In this document: positions 1-10,712 of the stretch, in pieces
How positions within the stretch are numbered: the first letter of the stretch is position 1
Layout of the letters: each line of letters opens with the position of its first letter
Assembly (NCBI GenBank): GCA_963733035.1
Contig: CAVTBU010000005.1
Location: 768,001-832,000, forward strand
Source of the DNA: Pirellulales bacterium
GTDB taxonomy: Bacteria; Planctomycetota; Planctomycetia; Pirellulales; PALSA-1355
Length of the DNA: 64,000 bases
Reading direction: 5' to 3'
Made by a program: the position numbers and the translations under genes
Notes under the pieces: generated by a model
Told to the model about the DNA's origin: nothing
Seen by the model: only the letters and a program-made list of their open reading frames with translations
The model's database searches: none

Positions 1-216
1 AACGGCTACGATCCGCAGGAGATGGCGCTGGCCCTCGACGCTGCCTGTCGCATTCAAGTGCGTGCCGGACTGCATTGTGCCCCACGTGTGCACGAGGCAA
101 TGGGTACGCTAGCAAGCGGTGGAACGTTACGATTCAGCCTAGGACCGTTTAACACGTCCGCGGAAATCGACTCCGCAATCAGGGCTGTAGCCGAGTTAAT
201 GGCCATCGGACCATAA
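1..216 (+). CDS. Class V aminotransferase / cysteine desulfurase family protein, C-terminal part (5' truncated by the window)
   Basis: RAGLHCAP...LRFSLGPFNT motif typical of SufS/CsdA-family C-termini. Confidence 0.85.
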   Translation, partial: NGYDPQEMALALDAACRIQVRAGLHCAPRVHEAMGTLASGGTLRFSLGPFNTSAEIDSAIRAVAELMAIGP

Positions 217-259
217 GGCGCCCGGACAATGCAGTTAAAATCGAACGTAAGTCACGAGG

Positions 260-688
260 TTGGTCCGCGTCATGGATGAAAAGCCCTGGTTTGAAAACGG
301 TTTGCGATTCACATGCACGGGCTGCGGCGACTGTTGCACCGGCGCGCCGGGGTACGTGTGGGTCAACCGAGAGGAAATTGAAACGCTGGCGCGGCAAGTG
401 AAACTTACGCCTGCGGAGTTCGACGAGCGCTACGTCCGCAAGGTTGGCATCCGTAAGAGCTTAGTGGAGTACCCCAACGGCGACTGCGTGTTCTTTGACG
501 CCAACACGCGCAAGTGCACGGTCTATGAGGCTCGTCCGCGTCAATGCAAGACTTGGCCCTTTTGGCAGTCGAACGTGGCCACCGAGGAGGCATGGAAACA
601 AACGTGCGAGGTCTGTCCCGGCAGCGGGCGCGGTAAGCTTCACTCGGCCGAGAAAATCCTGCATCAAATCTCCATTGTGAAACTGTAA
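260..688 (+). CDS. YkgJ-family cysteine-cluster (Zn/Fe-S chelating) protein
   Basis: CTGCGDCC...CVFFD...CTVYEARPRQCKTWPFW pattern; real start may be the ATG at 272. Confidence 0.85.
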   Translation: MVRVMDEKPWFENGLRFTCTGCGDCCTGAPGYVWVNREEIETLARQVKLTPAEFDERYVRKVGIRKSLVEYPNGDCVFFDANTRKCTVYEARPRQCKTWPFWQSNVATEEAWKQTCEVCPGSGRGKLHSAEKILHQISIVKL

Positions 689-1215
689 CGGCCAGGCACC
701 ACGGGCTGATAACCCTTCCCTCCCCGTGACCTACTCTCCTGTCGATCAGCACGTAGGCGCCAGCTACCAGCAAAGTGTCCCTGGCACTTCCCCGCTTGCA
801 TGGGTGATCGGCGGCCTGCCGGTCTGATTTTCACGATTGTTTAAACTTTGCCGGTTGTAGGGCCGATCATTACCCCACATGGCTAAAGTGTGGCATGAGA
901 CTGCGCGGGGCGAGGAGCTGCCAGGAGACCGCATTGGCGGCCTGAACACAATGCGAGGAAAGAACTTACGTACGAAGATTGGCAACCTGCTTCGATCAAT
1001 TGCTTGTAAGCTATTGGGAATAAAACACTTATCACATGAGTCGGCAGGTTTCGTCGACGTTGAAGATCACGACCGTCGAGCTCAGGCCGAAGCGTTGGCC
1101 AGGGCCTTTGAGCTTGACTGTAGTTCTTACGCCATTTACACTTGGAGCATGACAGCGCCGGCCGAAAGAGCTCTTTTTCGACCCGTGCGCCCCTTCTCTA
1201 TAGGAGAACTGCGTC

Positions 1216-1626
1216 GTGACCAAGAAAGAGATCGTCAAAACCATATCCGACGAAATCGGGCTGACTCAACTCAAGACGAAAGAGATCGTCCAGAAGACTT
1301 TCGACGCAATCGTGGAGACGCTGGTCGAGGAACGACGGATTGAACTACGGAACTTCGGCGTATTCGAGGTGAAAAAGCGAGCGGCACGCAAAGCTCGCAA
1401 CCCGCGCACGGGCGATAAGGTCTTTGTGCCTGAGAAGTTCGTCGTAACCTTCAAGCCCGGCAAGGAAATGGAGGAACGAGTTCGCGAGCTGGAACGACAG
1501 GCCGCGGCAGCGGCTGAGCGAGCCCGTGCTGGCATGGACAACAATCCTAGCGGTGAGGCAGACAGCCGGCCAATTACCGAAACACTTGGCAGCCCGGGAT
1601 ATAACACTCCGAGCGGATCTCCGTAG
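1216..1626 (+). CDS. HU/IHF-family DNA-binding protein with C-terminal extension
   Basis: MTKKEIV...[25 protein letters not shown]...FKPGKEM; AGGAG RBS upstream of a GTG start. Confidence 0.93.
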   Translation: MTKKEIVKTISDEIGLTQLKTKEIVQKTFDAIVETLVEERRIELRNFGVFEVKKRAARKARNPRTGDKVFVPEKFVVTFKPGKEMEERVRELERQAAAAAERARAGMDNNPSGEADSRPITETLGSPGYNTPSGSP

Positions 1627-1987
1627 ACCACGACGTACGGCGACACACAGGACAGTAACGGATCAGGTCGGCAAAGGACCCCCGCAGTGAGGGTGCGGCG
1701 ACCTGACCTCGGCGCAACAGACAGGAATCAGTAGTCTACGGAGCCAAATTTGGCCACGAAGGCCTTGCTTGGCAAAGGACAAATCAGCCGCGAAGCTCGA
1801 ACCAATCCGCTTCGACGGGAAGACCCTTTCGGGTCAGAGTTTAAGACAAGTTCACCCGACAGATAAATCGGTACACGAGGCGTGGCCGCCGCTGGAGCGT
1901 TGGCTCTCGTGTGACTTGCAACATGGATACGTTATGCGCTCTCTAGACTCGTCTGGAGGGCACCGATGTTCACGGAGGAGTCGTGTG

Positions 1988-2206
1988 ATGCGCAGGCTTC
2001 TAATGGCCGCGATCTTGAGTTTGCCGCTGGGTACTACCACCGGATGCATCTTGCCGATCTATTCGGGCGATCCGGCGACGCGGACTCAAGAGTTGATCTT
2101 CACTTCAGAAAACCTGCGGCTCTTCCTCGAGGAATGGCAGCGCATCTGGTTCCTCGATCAGCCAAGCCACCTGTCACCTTATCGCACGCACGGTGGCATC
2201 ATTTAA
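1988..2206 (+). CDS. Small putative lipoprotein (planctomycete-type, 72 aa)
   Basis: GGAGGAG RBS; basic/hydrophobic signal MRRLLMAAILSLPLG followed by lipobox-like TTTGC; C-terminal WQRIWFLDQPSHLSPYRTHGGII. Confidence 0.7.
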   Translation: MRRLLMAAILSLPLGTTTGCILPIYSGDPATRTQELIFTSENLRLFLEEWQRIWFLDQPSHLSPYRTHGGII

Positions 2207-2371
2207 CGACCGCTGGTCGCCACCGCATGATTTAAGAATTCCGCGGCGAGCCGCTCGAGATATCGGGCGGCTCGCTTCATTTACGCAGCATGTGATCTGC
2301 GGCACGGCGACTGCGTTGCCGCCTGGGAAGCCGACCGGTACATTAGCTCTTGCCGGCACGCTCTTGGTTGC

Positions 2372-3385
2372 GTGAGGCACGCCACGACCCACTCGAAAAC
2401 GCGCATCGTGACACTACCCGCCGTCGATCTATCGGTTCAACTGGGACGGCTGCGGCTGGCCAACCCGATCTTCGTGGCCTCGGGCACATTCGGCTACGCG
2501 CGCGAAATGGAGCACCTGGTCGACCTTGGTCGACTAGGCGCCATCGTTCCCAAGACGATTACCTGGCAACCTCGGGCCGGCAACGCGCCTTGGCGGACCG
2601 TTGAGACCGCTGCCGGAATGCTGAACTCCATCGGGCTGGACAATGACGGTATCGAGGCCTTTGTCGAACATCATTTACCTTACCTGGCCGGCCTGCCGAC
2701 ACCGACGATCGTGAGTATCGCCGGGCACGATTTTGACGAATTCGTGTCGATGGCCGAGAGGCTCGATGGGTTGCCTGGCGTGGCAGCGCTCGAATTGAAC
2801 GTCTCGTGCCCCAATGTTTCCGGCGGCGTGGACTTCGGTGTCGACCCGACCATGTGTCGCAAAGTGGTCGAAGGCGTTCGTAAGGTTTGTAAAACGCCAA
2901 TTCTGGCCAAACTCACTCCGAACGTGGCTGACGTCGCCACAATTGCCCGAGCCGCGACCGATGGGGGTGCCGATGCCATTTCGGCGGTGAACACTTGTCT
3001 TGGCATGGCGGTCGATTGGCGCAGGCGTCGCCCTATGCTTGGCAATGGCATGGGAGGCCTGAGCGGCCCGGCCATCAAGCCGATCGCGCTGCGCTGCGTT
3101 TACCAGGTGGCCCAGGCAGTCGACGTTCCAGTGGTGGGTATCGGCGGTATTGCCACGATCGACGATGTGATGGAGTTTTTGGTCGCTGGAGCGAGCGCCG
3201 TGCAGATTGGCACTGCAAACTTTTACAATCCCAAGGCAACGATGACGATCCTCGACGGCCTGGTACCCGCGCTTGCCGAACTTGGAGCCACGAAGCTGTC
3301 GGACGTCGTCGGTTCGCTCCGGTTGCCGCAGGCTACCAATCCCGTCGTACCGTTGCCCTCTAATTCCCATCCTTCCAAGCAATAA
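2372..3385 (+). CDS. pyrD: Dihydroorotate dehydrogenase (family 1B catalytic subunit)
   Basis: ASGTFG, NSIGLDN, ELNVSCPNV, KLTPN, GGLSGPAIKP motifs; exact start uncertain. Confidence 0.93.
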   Translation: MRHATTHSKTRIVTLPAVDLSVQLGRLRLANPIFVASGTFGYAREMEHLVDLGRLGAIVPKTITWQPRAGNAPWRTVETAAGMLNSIGLDNDGIEAFVEHHLPYLAGLPTPTIVSIAGHDFDEFVSMAERLDGLPGVAALELNVSCPNVSGGVDFGVDPTMCRKVVEGVRKVCKTPILAKLTPNVADVATIARAATDGGADAISAVNTCLGMAVDWRRRRPMLGNGMGGLSGPAIKPIALRCVYQVAQAVDVPVVGIGGIATIDDVMEFLVAGASAVQIGTANFYNPKATMTILDGLVPALAELGATKLSDVVGSLRLPQATNPVVPLPSNSHPSKQ

Positions 3386-3397
3386 TAGATCCGAGCC

Positions 3398-4363
<966 letters not shown>

Positions 4364-4398
4364 AGCGGCCCTCGTAGCGGACGCCAGAGGGCGGTGCG

Positions 4399-4953
4399 AT
4401 GGCCGCAGCAACCGAACTTCAATCGGTTTTGAAGATGAACCGAATCGATCGCATTCTTTTTTGGTTTGGCGGCGGCCTCGTCGCCACGGCGGCCGTGGCT
4501 TGGATTGCGTTTCAACTTCAGCAGCAGCGGATTGCTCCGGCGGTTTTGTTTCCGTTGGCGACCGGTGCGACGCTTGGGGGAGCACTGTTGGCACTCAGGC
4601 GATTGCTCCAGCAGCCGAGCCGGCGCCTCGCGGTGACTTCGGCCATCGTTTGGGGGTTGCTGCTCGTTGTGGCTCAGGACTACATTGGCCATCGGTACCG
4701 GATGCGAATGTTCGAAAGCGAACTTGCCGACGGCCACCCGTTGGCCGTGGCGATGGCCAGCGAGCGCGACTTGGCACCCACGTTCGCCGACCATCTTGCG
4801 GCACGCATCCGCGACCAGTCCGTTTGGTGGTCGTTGGATCTGCTGTTGACCGCGTCTGCCGCGGCAGTTGTCGTAGCGGTGGGCTTGCGAGCACGAAACG
4901 TGTCCGGTTCTCAATTGCCCCCGCGGGAACGACCTCCGTCGGAAACGCTTTAA
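4399..4953 (+). CDS. Hypothetical membrane protein (about 4 TM)
   Basis: Several hydrophobic segments; fits the gap between trpS and acpS. Confidence 0.6.
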   Translation: MAAATELQSVLKMNRIDRILFWFGGGLVATAAVAWIAFQLQQQRIAPAVLFPLATGATLGGALLALRRLLQQPSRRLAVTSAIVWGLLLVVAQDYIGHRYRMRMFESELADGHPLAVAMASERDLAPTFADHLAARIRDQSVWWSLDLLLTASAAAVVVAVGLRARNVSGSQLPPRERPPSETL

Positions 4954-4974
4954 CCTCGAGCGAATCGTAAGCGC

Positions 4975-5394
4975 ATGGCTGAAATTCTCGGCATCGGTAC
5001 CGACATCATCGAATGCCTGCGGATCGCGCAGATGATCGAACGACACGGCGAGTTGTTCATCACGCGGGTATACACGCCGCATGAGATACAGTATTGCCAG
5101 ACTCGCAAGCAGGCCACGCAGCACTTTGCCGGACGCTGGGCCGCGAAAGAGGCCGTGCTCAAAGCCCTGGGCACTGGCTGGCGCAAGGGGATCAGCTGGC
5201 GTGACATCGAAATCCGCAATGATCCCAGCGGCCGGCCGATGGTGGCCTTTCGCGGCGGAGCCCGAGACGTCGTCGAGGCACGTGGGATCACCGAGATGCA
5301 TATCAGCATCTCACATTGTCGCAGTCACGCCACGGCCTACGCGCTCGCCGAGGGCCCCGACAAGAAAGAGGAAAGCGAAATCGACGCCGACTGA
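4975..5394 (+). CDS. acpS: Holo-ACP synthase (4'-phosphopantetheinyl transferase)
   Basis: GIGTDIIE...FAGRWAAKEAVLKALGTG...HISISH. Confidence 0.96.
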   Translation: MAEILGIGTDIIECLRIAQMIERHGELFITRVYTPHEIQYCQTRKQATQHFAGRWAAKEAVLKALGTGWRKGISWRDIEIRNDPSGRPMVAFRGGARDVVEARGITEMHISISHCRSHATAYALAEGPDKKEESEIDAD

Positions 5395-5452
5395 GCGAGT
5401 TTGAATTTGCCGAAACGTGACTTGCAAAGTTCTTTGGCCACGCCGGAATTCG

Positions 5453-8170
5453 CTATTCAGGAGCTTTCTTGTTGGCCGGTTTCTTCTTGGCGGCGGCTTT
5501 CTTCTTCACCGCCTTCTTGACTGAAACCTTGCCGTTTCCGTCGACGGCGGCCACTTTCTTCTTGGCAGGAGCCTTCTTGGCGGTCTTCCGCTTGGCCGAT
5601 TTCTTTGAAGGGCCCAGCGCCGCCCTGGCCGCAAGCAATTCGAGTGCCTGCGGCATTGTCACCTCGTCGGCCGACAGTCCTTTCGGCAGCGACGCGTTCG
5701 TTTCGCCGTCGGTCAGATACAGGCCGTAGCGACCTTCGAGCAGTTGCACCTTTTGCTTGGTAACCGGCGACTCGTCGAAGACCTTGAGCGGCTCTTTCGG
5801 CGCTCCGAATCCCCGCCGCTGCGCTTTGGGTTGCGCAAGCAGTTCGAGCGCCTGCTGCAACGTCACGTCGATCGGCGACATTCCGGCCGGCAGACTGCGC
5901 GTCTCGTCTCCACACTTGACGTATGGCCCGAACCGGCCATTGTAGGCCACCACGGGGTTGCCGTTTTCCGGATGGTTGCCCAGTTCCCGCGGCAGCGACA
6001 ACAACTTGAGCGCCACCTCCAGCGTCACGTCCTCCGGCTTCATCCCCTTTAGCAGCGATGCGTTCTTCGGCTTCTCCTCGTCTTCCGGCGTGCCACGCTG
6101 CACGTAAGGACCGAAGCGGCCGACTTTCAGATACACCGGCTTGCCGGTCTCAGGACAACAGCCCAGCGGCTCCTCGGCCTGCGCGGCTTGGGCGAGAATT
6201 TCCAGTGCCGCCTCAACCGTCAACTCGTCGGGCGGCATTTCCTCGCGCAAACTGCCGCGGCGTTCCCCCTGCTCGATGAACGGACCATAGCGGCCCACGC
6301 GCACGTAGATCGGCTCGCCCTCGTCGGGCTGGCCGATGTAGATCCGCCCGATGTCGCGGGCGTCGACTTCATTGACCTTATTGGCCAGCAGTTGCTTGAG
6401 CCCCGGATTGCCGTTGCCGAAATAGAACTGCCGCAGGTACTCGATGTGCGCCGATTCTCCGCGGCTGATGGCGTCTAGATCGTCCTCCATCTGGGCCGTG
6501 AACTTGTAGTCGACCAGATTCGGCAGGTGATCGGTCAGCAGTTGGGCCACCGAAAACGCGACCCAGGTGGGCACCAGCGCGTTGCCTTTCTTGAAAACGT
6601 ACTCGCGGGCCAAGATCGTATCGATAATCGAGGCGTAGGTGCTGGGACGGCCGATGCCCATTTCTTCGAGCGCCCGAGTGAGCGAGGCTTCGCTGTACCG
6701 GGCCGGAGGCTGCGTCGTGTGGCTCTTGGGTTCCAGCTCGCGGAGGTCGAGCTCTTCGCCCACCTCGACGCTCGGCAGTACCGTATCCTGCTCGGACAGA
6801 TCGGCCTGCGGATCGTCGCTCCCTTCAACATAGGCCCGCAGATAGCCGGCGAAGTCGATCGTCTTGCCGCCGACCTGGAAGACGGCGCCGTCGCCTTCGA
6901 CCGTGATCGTGATCCGACGTCCCTTGGCGTCGGCCATTTGGCTGGCGACGGTTCGTTTCCAAATCAGATCGTAGAGACGGAACTGATCGGAGTTCAACTC
7001 GTTGCGCAGTGACTCGGGCAGCGCGAACGGATGACCGGCGGGGCGAATGGCCTCGTGAGCTTCCTGCGCATTCTTGACTTTCGTTTGGTAGACGCGCGGC
7101 TGATCGGGTAGGTACTCGCCACCGTATTGCGAACGGACCAGGTCGCGGGCCGCCTCGATTGCCACCTTGGCCAGGTTGGTCGAATCGGTACGCATGTAAG
7201 TGATGTGGCCGTTTTCATACAGGCTCTGAGCGGCCTGCATGGTTCGTTTGGCGGTAAAGCCCAACTTGCGGTTGGCTTCTTGTTGCAGCGTGCTGGTCGT
7301 GAACGGAGCATAAGGCTTCGTCGTAAACGGCTTGTCGTCGAGACCGGCGACTCGGAACTGTGCCTTCGACAGTCGCTCCAGCAACTGCGCGGCGCCCGGC
7401 TCATCGAGCAACAGCAGGTTGGGATCCTTGATCTTGCCGGTCGCGGCGTCAAAATCCTTGCCGCTGGGAATCTTGCGGTCGTCGACCGAGACGAGCTCCG
7501 CGGCGAAGGCTTGTCCGCTGCGCTTGGCAAACTTGCCGAGCAGATCCCAATAGGTCGCGGCGATGAACGCCATGCGCTGCCGCTCGCGTTCGACAATCAA
7601 CCGCACCGCCACGCTCTGCACGCGGCCAGCCGACAATTTCGGTCGCACCTTGCGCCACAGCAGGGGCGAAACCTCGTAGCCGTACAGCCGATCGAGGATG
7701 CGCCGCGTCTCCTGCGCTCGCACCAAGGACTGGTCGATGCTGCGGGGATGCTCGAGAGCCTCATTGATGGCCTCTTTGGTGATTTCGTGAAAGACCAGCC
7801 GATGGACCGGCACCTTCGGCTTGAGCAGCTCGTTGAGGTGCCAACTAATGGCTTCCCCTTCGCGGTCTTCGTCCGTCGCCAGGTACAGGTCTTTCGACTC
7901 TTTCAGCAATCCCTTGAGTTTGCGGACCTGGGCCGTCTTGCCGGGCGGAATGATGTAGACCGGGTCGAAATCCTGATTGACGTTGACCCCGAGGTGAGCC
8001 CAATCTTCTCCTTTATATTGCGCCGGCAGCTGCTTGGCCCCTTGCGGCAAATCGCGGACATGGCCGATGCTCGCCTCGACCGTGAAATCGCGGCCGAGAA
8101 ATTTGCTGATCGTGCGCGCCTTGGCCGGCGACTCGACGATCACTAGCGATTTGCCGTTCTTTTTGGCCAT
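5453..8170 (-). CDS. topA: DNA topoisomerase I with C-terminal repeats and Lys-rich tail
   Basis: IVESPAKA, ATDEDREGE, SAGRVQS, ITYMRTDS; four GR(Y/F)G(P/L)(Y/F) repeats; KKAPAKKK tail. Confidence 0.97.
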   Translation of the reverse strand: MAKKNGKSLVIVESPAKARTISKFLGRDFTVEASIGHVRDLPQGAKQLPAQYKGEDWAHLGVNVNQDFDPVYIIPPGKTAQVRKLKGLLKESKDLYLATDEDREGEAISWHLNELLKPKVPVHRLVFHEITKEAINEALEHPRSIDQSLVRAQETRRILDRLYGYEVSPLLWRKVRPKLSAGRVQSVAVRLIVERERQRMAFIAATYWDLLGKFAKRSGQAFAAELVSVDDRKIPSGKDFDAATGKIKDPNLLLLDEPGAAQLLERLSKAQFRVAGLDDKPFTTKPYAPFTTSTLQQEANRKLGFTAKRTMQAAQSLYENGHITYMRTDSTNLAKVAIEAARDLVRSQYGGEYLPDQPRVYQTKVKNAQEAHEAIRPAGHPFALPESLRNELNSDQFRLYDLIWKRTVASQMADAKGRRITITVEGDGAVFQVGGKTIDFAGYLRAYVEGSDDPQADLSEQDTVLPSVEVGEELDLRELEPKSHTTQPPARYSEASLTRALEEMGIGRPSTYASIIDTILAREYVFKKGNALVPTWVAFSVAQLLTDHLPNLVDYKFTAQMEDDLDAISRGESAHIEYLRQFYFGNGNPGLKQLLANKVNEVDARDIGRIYIGQPDEGEPIYVRVGRYGPFIEQGERRGSLREEMPPDELTVEAALEILAQAAQAEEPLGCCPETGKPVYLKVGRFGPYVQRGTPEDEEKPKNASLLKGMKPEDVTLEVALKLLSLPRELGNHPENGNPVVAYNGRFGPYVKCGDETRSLPAGMSPIDVTLQQALELLAQPKAQRRGFGAPKEPLKVFDESPVTKQKVQLLEGRYGLYLTDGETNASLPKGLSADEVTMPQALELLAARAALGPSKKSAKRKTAKKAPAKKKVAAVDGNGKVSVKKAVKKKAAAKKKPANKKAPE

Positions 8171-8586
8171 CGTTTGCCGTTCTTCCTCTCGCCAATGAGG
8201 CGAATCTTCTCGCCACGCCCCCCATTCAGGGCAATCTCGGGCTCTAAAACCAGTGACTAATATCAGACTCTCTTAATTCATTCTGGCCGTCTGGCAAGCG
8301 GCCGACTACCACCCAAACCCGAGCCATATGGCACAAGCCACAATGCAGCAATAACTTACGGCAAGCGGATTTGGCCAGAAACTTCGCGACCCTGACTGCA
8401 TAAGCGGTATTGGCTTAATGATCCTGATACAGAGTTGTCAAGCCGTCTTTCCAGTTCGGCCTGCCCCGCAATCGTTGCAGGCCCAAATCGATCGGCCTCA
8501 TTTCGCCCCCTGTGGTCGACCGAGAACGCGCCCGGGCGACCGGGATCGACTTCGTGCCTCACCTTTCGAATTCCGCTTGCCATGAG

Positions 8587-8617
8587 CCAACTGTACTAAT
8601 ACACTTAATACAGTTGG
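8587..8617. promoter_or_regulatory. Palindromic operator of the YtrA-type GntR repressor
   Basis: CCAACTGTA-N13-TACAGTTGG perfect 9-bp inverted repeat with TGTAnTA..TAnTACA core, abutting the GGAGG RBS of the GntR gene. Confidence 0.75.
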
Positions 8618-8626
8618 AGGTTCCCC

Positions 8627-9028
8627 GTGGAGTTCACGATTCATACCGCCGGCGGCGTGCCGATCTATCAGCAACTGGCCGACCAAATCTGCGCGGCCAT
8701 TGCTCGCGGGCGACTGCGCCCCGATGAACGGCTGCCTTCGGTTCGCGAGCTGTCGCAAACGCTGGTGGTAAATCCCAACACAGTCGCCCGGGCATATACG
8801 GAACTTGAGCGCCAGGGCACGTTGTACACACGGCCGGGTTTGGGCGTCTTTGTCAGCGGCGCCAAACCGTCCCTATCAAAAAAAACGCGCCGGCAGCGAC
8901 TCGAGAAGGCAGTCGACGCGCTGTTGATCGAGGCCGTACGCGTGGGCTGCGAAAGCGAAGAGGTGCTCGACCTGATCGGCGAGCGGATCAAGCAATTCCA
9001 GTGGCCAGCGGCGCCGACGACTTCTTGA
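8627..9028 (+). CDS. GntR-family regulator, YtrA subfamily
   Basis: PIYQQL...LPSVRELS...VNPNTVARAYTELE; short C-domain; precedes an ABC ATPase. Confidence 0.92.
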   Translation: MEFTIHTAGGVPIYQQLADQICAAIARGRLRPDERLPSVRELSQTLVVNPNTVARAYTELERQGTLYTRPGLGVFVSGAKPSLSKKTRRQRLEKAVDALLIEAVRVGCESEEVLDLIGERIKQFQWPAAPTTS

Positions 9029-9087
9029 GCAGGTGAAACCAGCGACAATTGGATTCCAAGTCATCAGACCCACGGGAAACGCATCCC

Positions 9088-10017
9088 ATGAGCGACGCGA
9101 TCATCATCGAAGGGCTGACCAAACACTACGGTCAACAACGCGTGGTCGATTCGGTAAGCATGCGCGTACCTGCCGGCAGCGTCTATGGCTTTCTCGGGCG
9201 CAACGGCGCCGGCAAGTCGACGCTCGTCAAGATGATAACCGGCATGGTCCAACCGGATATCGGCCAAGCCACGCTTTTGGGGGAAAACATCTCTGAAATG
9301 CGTCCCGCCACCCGCGCCCGAATTGCCTACCTGGCCGAAGGTCATCCACTCTACCGCTGGATGACGGTGGCGCAGGCCGTGAAATTCGCCCGCGGGTTCC
9401 ACACGCACGGCGTCTGGCACGATCGCTTCCTGGCGGCGATCCTGGACCACTTCAATATCTCGCCACGTCGCAAGATCGGCCGGCTGTCGAACGGCCAACG
9501 CGCTCAGGTCTCGTTGGCACTCGCGCTGGCTCCCGATCCGGAATTGTTGATTCTCGACGATCCGACGCTTGGGCTCGACACGGTCGTGCGGCGTGACTTT
9601 CTGGAGTCCATGATCCATTTGATTCAACGTAGCGGGCGGACGATCTTTTTCAGCTCGCACATTCTCGGCGACGTCGAGCGGGTGGCCGATCGGATCGGAG
9701 TGCTCGTCGACGGGGTGCTCAGGGTCGATTGTCCGGTCGACACGTTCAAGTCGGCGCTGCGGCGAGTGGTGTTGGAATTCAACGGCGGCGTGCCGCAGTT
9801 TCCTGCCTGCCAAGGACTAGTGAGTCAGCGGCAAATCGGCGGCAAGCTGGAGATCGTGGTAGTGAACTATGGCGAGGAGCATCGCGAGCTGGCGACGGGG
9901 CTGGGCGCGATTCACGTCGAGGAAGTGGAAATGAACCTCGAGGATGCGTTCATCGCCTACACCCGCGGCGAAACGCGGCCGTTGCCCTCATTCGATCGGG
10001 AGCCCATCCGATGCTAA
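9088..10017 (+). CDS. ABC transporter ATP-binding protein (YtrB-like)
   Basis: GRNGAGKS Walker A, LSNGQ signature, LILDDP Walker B, SSH switch. Confidence 0.93.
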   Translation: MSDAIIIEGLTKHYGQQRVVDSVSMRVPAGSVYGFLGRNGAGKSTLVKMITGMVQPDIGQATLLGENISEMRPATRARIAYLAEGHPLYRWMTVAQAVKFARGFHTHGVWHDRFLAAILDHFNISPRRKIGRLSNGQRAQVSLALALAPDPELLILDDPTLGLDTVVRRDFLESMIHLIQRSGRTIFFSSHILGDVERVADRIGVLVDGVLRVDCPVDTFKSALRRVVLEFNGGVPQFPACQGLVSQRQIGGKLEIVVVNYGEEHRELATGLGAIHVEEVEMNLEDAFIAYTRGETRPLPSFDREPIRC

Positions 10018-10669
10018 AGTCGCTCGTCTGGAAAGAATCGCGCGAGCTCGCGCCGCTGGTGGCCTTGGCGGTCGTGGCGGAGTTGTTGTTCTATTTTCCG
10101 ACGAACCTGCTCGCGATGTTTTACAACAGCTACAGCGACTATTCGTCGCAAATACCGTTCGTCAGCAGCACGCTGCCGAACTGGTTGCTGGCGGTCGGCG
10201 CCGTCACCGGTATTGCCGTGGGGTTTTGGCAAACTTCCGGCGAACTAAGCCGCGGTACCTTCTTGTACCTGTTGCATCGGCCGGTCGACCGTCGCACGGT
10301 GTTCCTCGTCAAGCTTGCGGTCGGCATCTCAATCACGCTGCTGGTGCCTGGCGTGCCGATTCTCGGCTACGCAATTTGGGCTTCGATTCCTGGCAATCAG
10401 GCCAGCCCGTTTTTCTGGTCGATGACAATCGGCACTTGGCTGATCTGGTTTCGCTTGCCGTTTTTCTACCTGGGAGCCTACTTGAGTGGCTTGCGTCCGG
10501 GCGCTGGCTGGGAAGCCGGGCGGCTCCCCTGTTTGCGACGCCCTTGCTATTTGCGTTTTTGTTCATTTTCGCCGCCTGGCCGCCGGTCTCGCTCTTCGCG
10601 ACGTTAGTGGTTGAAGCGTCTTACCTGTACGTGATCTTGTATGTTGCCGGCACGCGCGACTACTCATGA
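10011..10669 (+). CDS. ABC-2 type permease; one frameshift near 10500 (probable assembly error)
   Basis: MLKSLVWKESRE...GTFLYLLHRPV; hydrophobic sequence continues in another frame (RWLGSR...RDYS) after CCGGGCGC. Confidence 0.75.
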
Positions 10670-10712
10670 GCCAGTCGGCCGGCAGTCGATCCCCCGAAAG
10701 TTGGAAGTGAAC

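Noticed and set aside
7127..8146. Long antisense ORFs (also 4213..5301, 36316..36996, 53755..54594)
   Set aside because: They are shadows of well-supported genes on the opposite strand, as expected in high-GC DNA.
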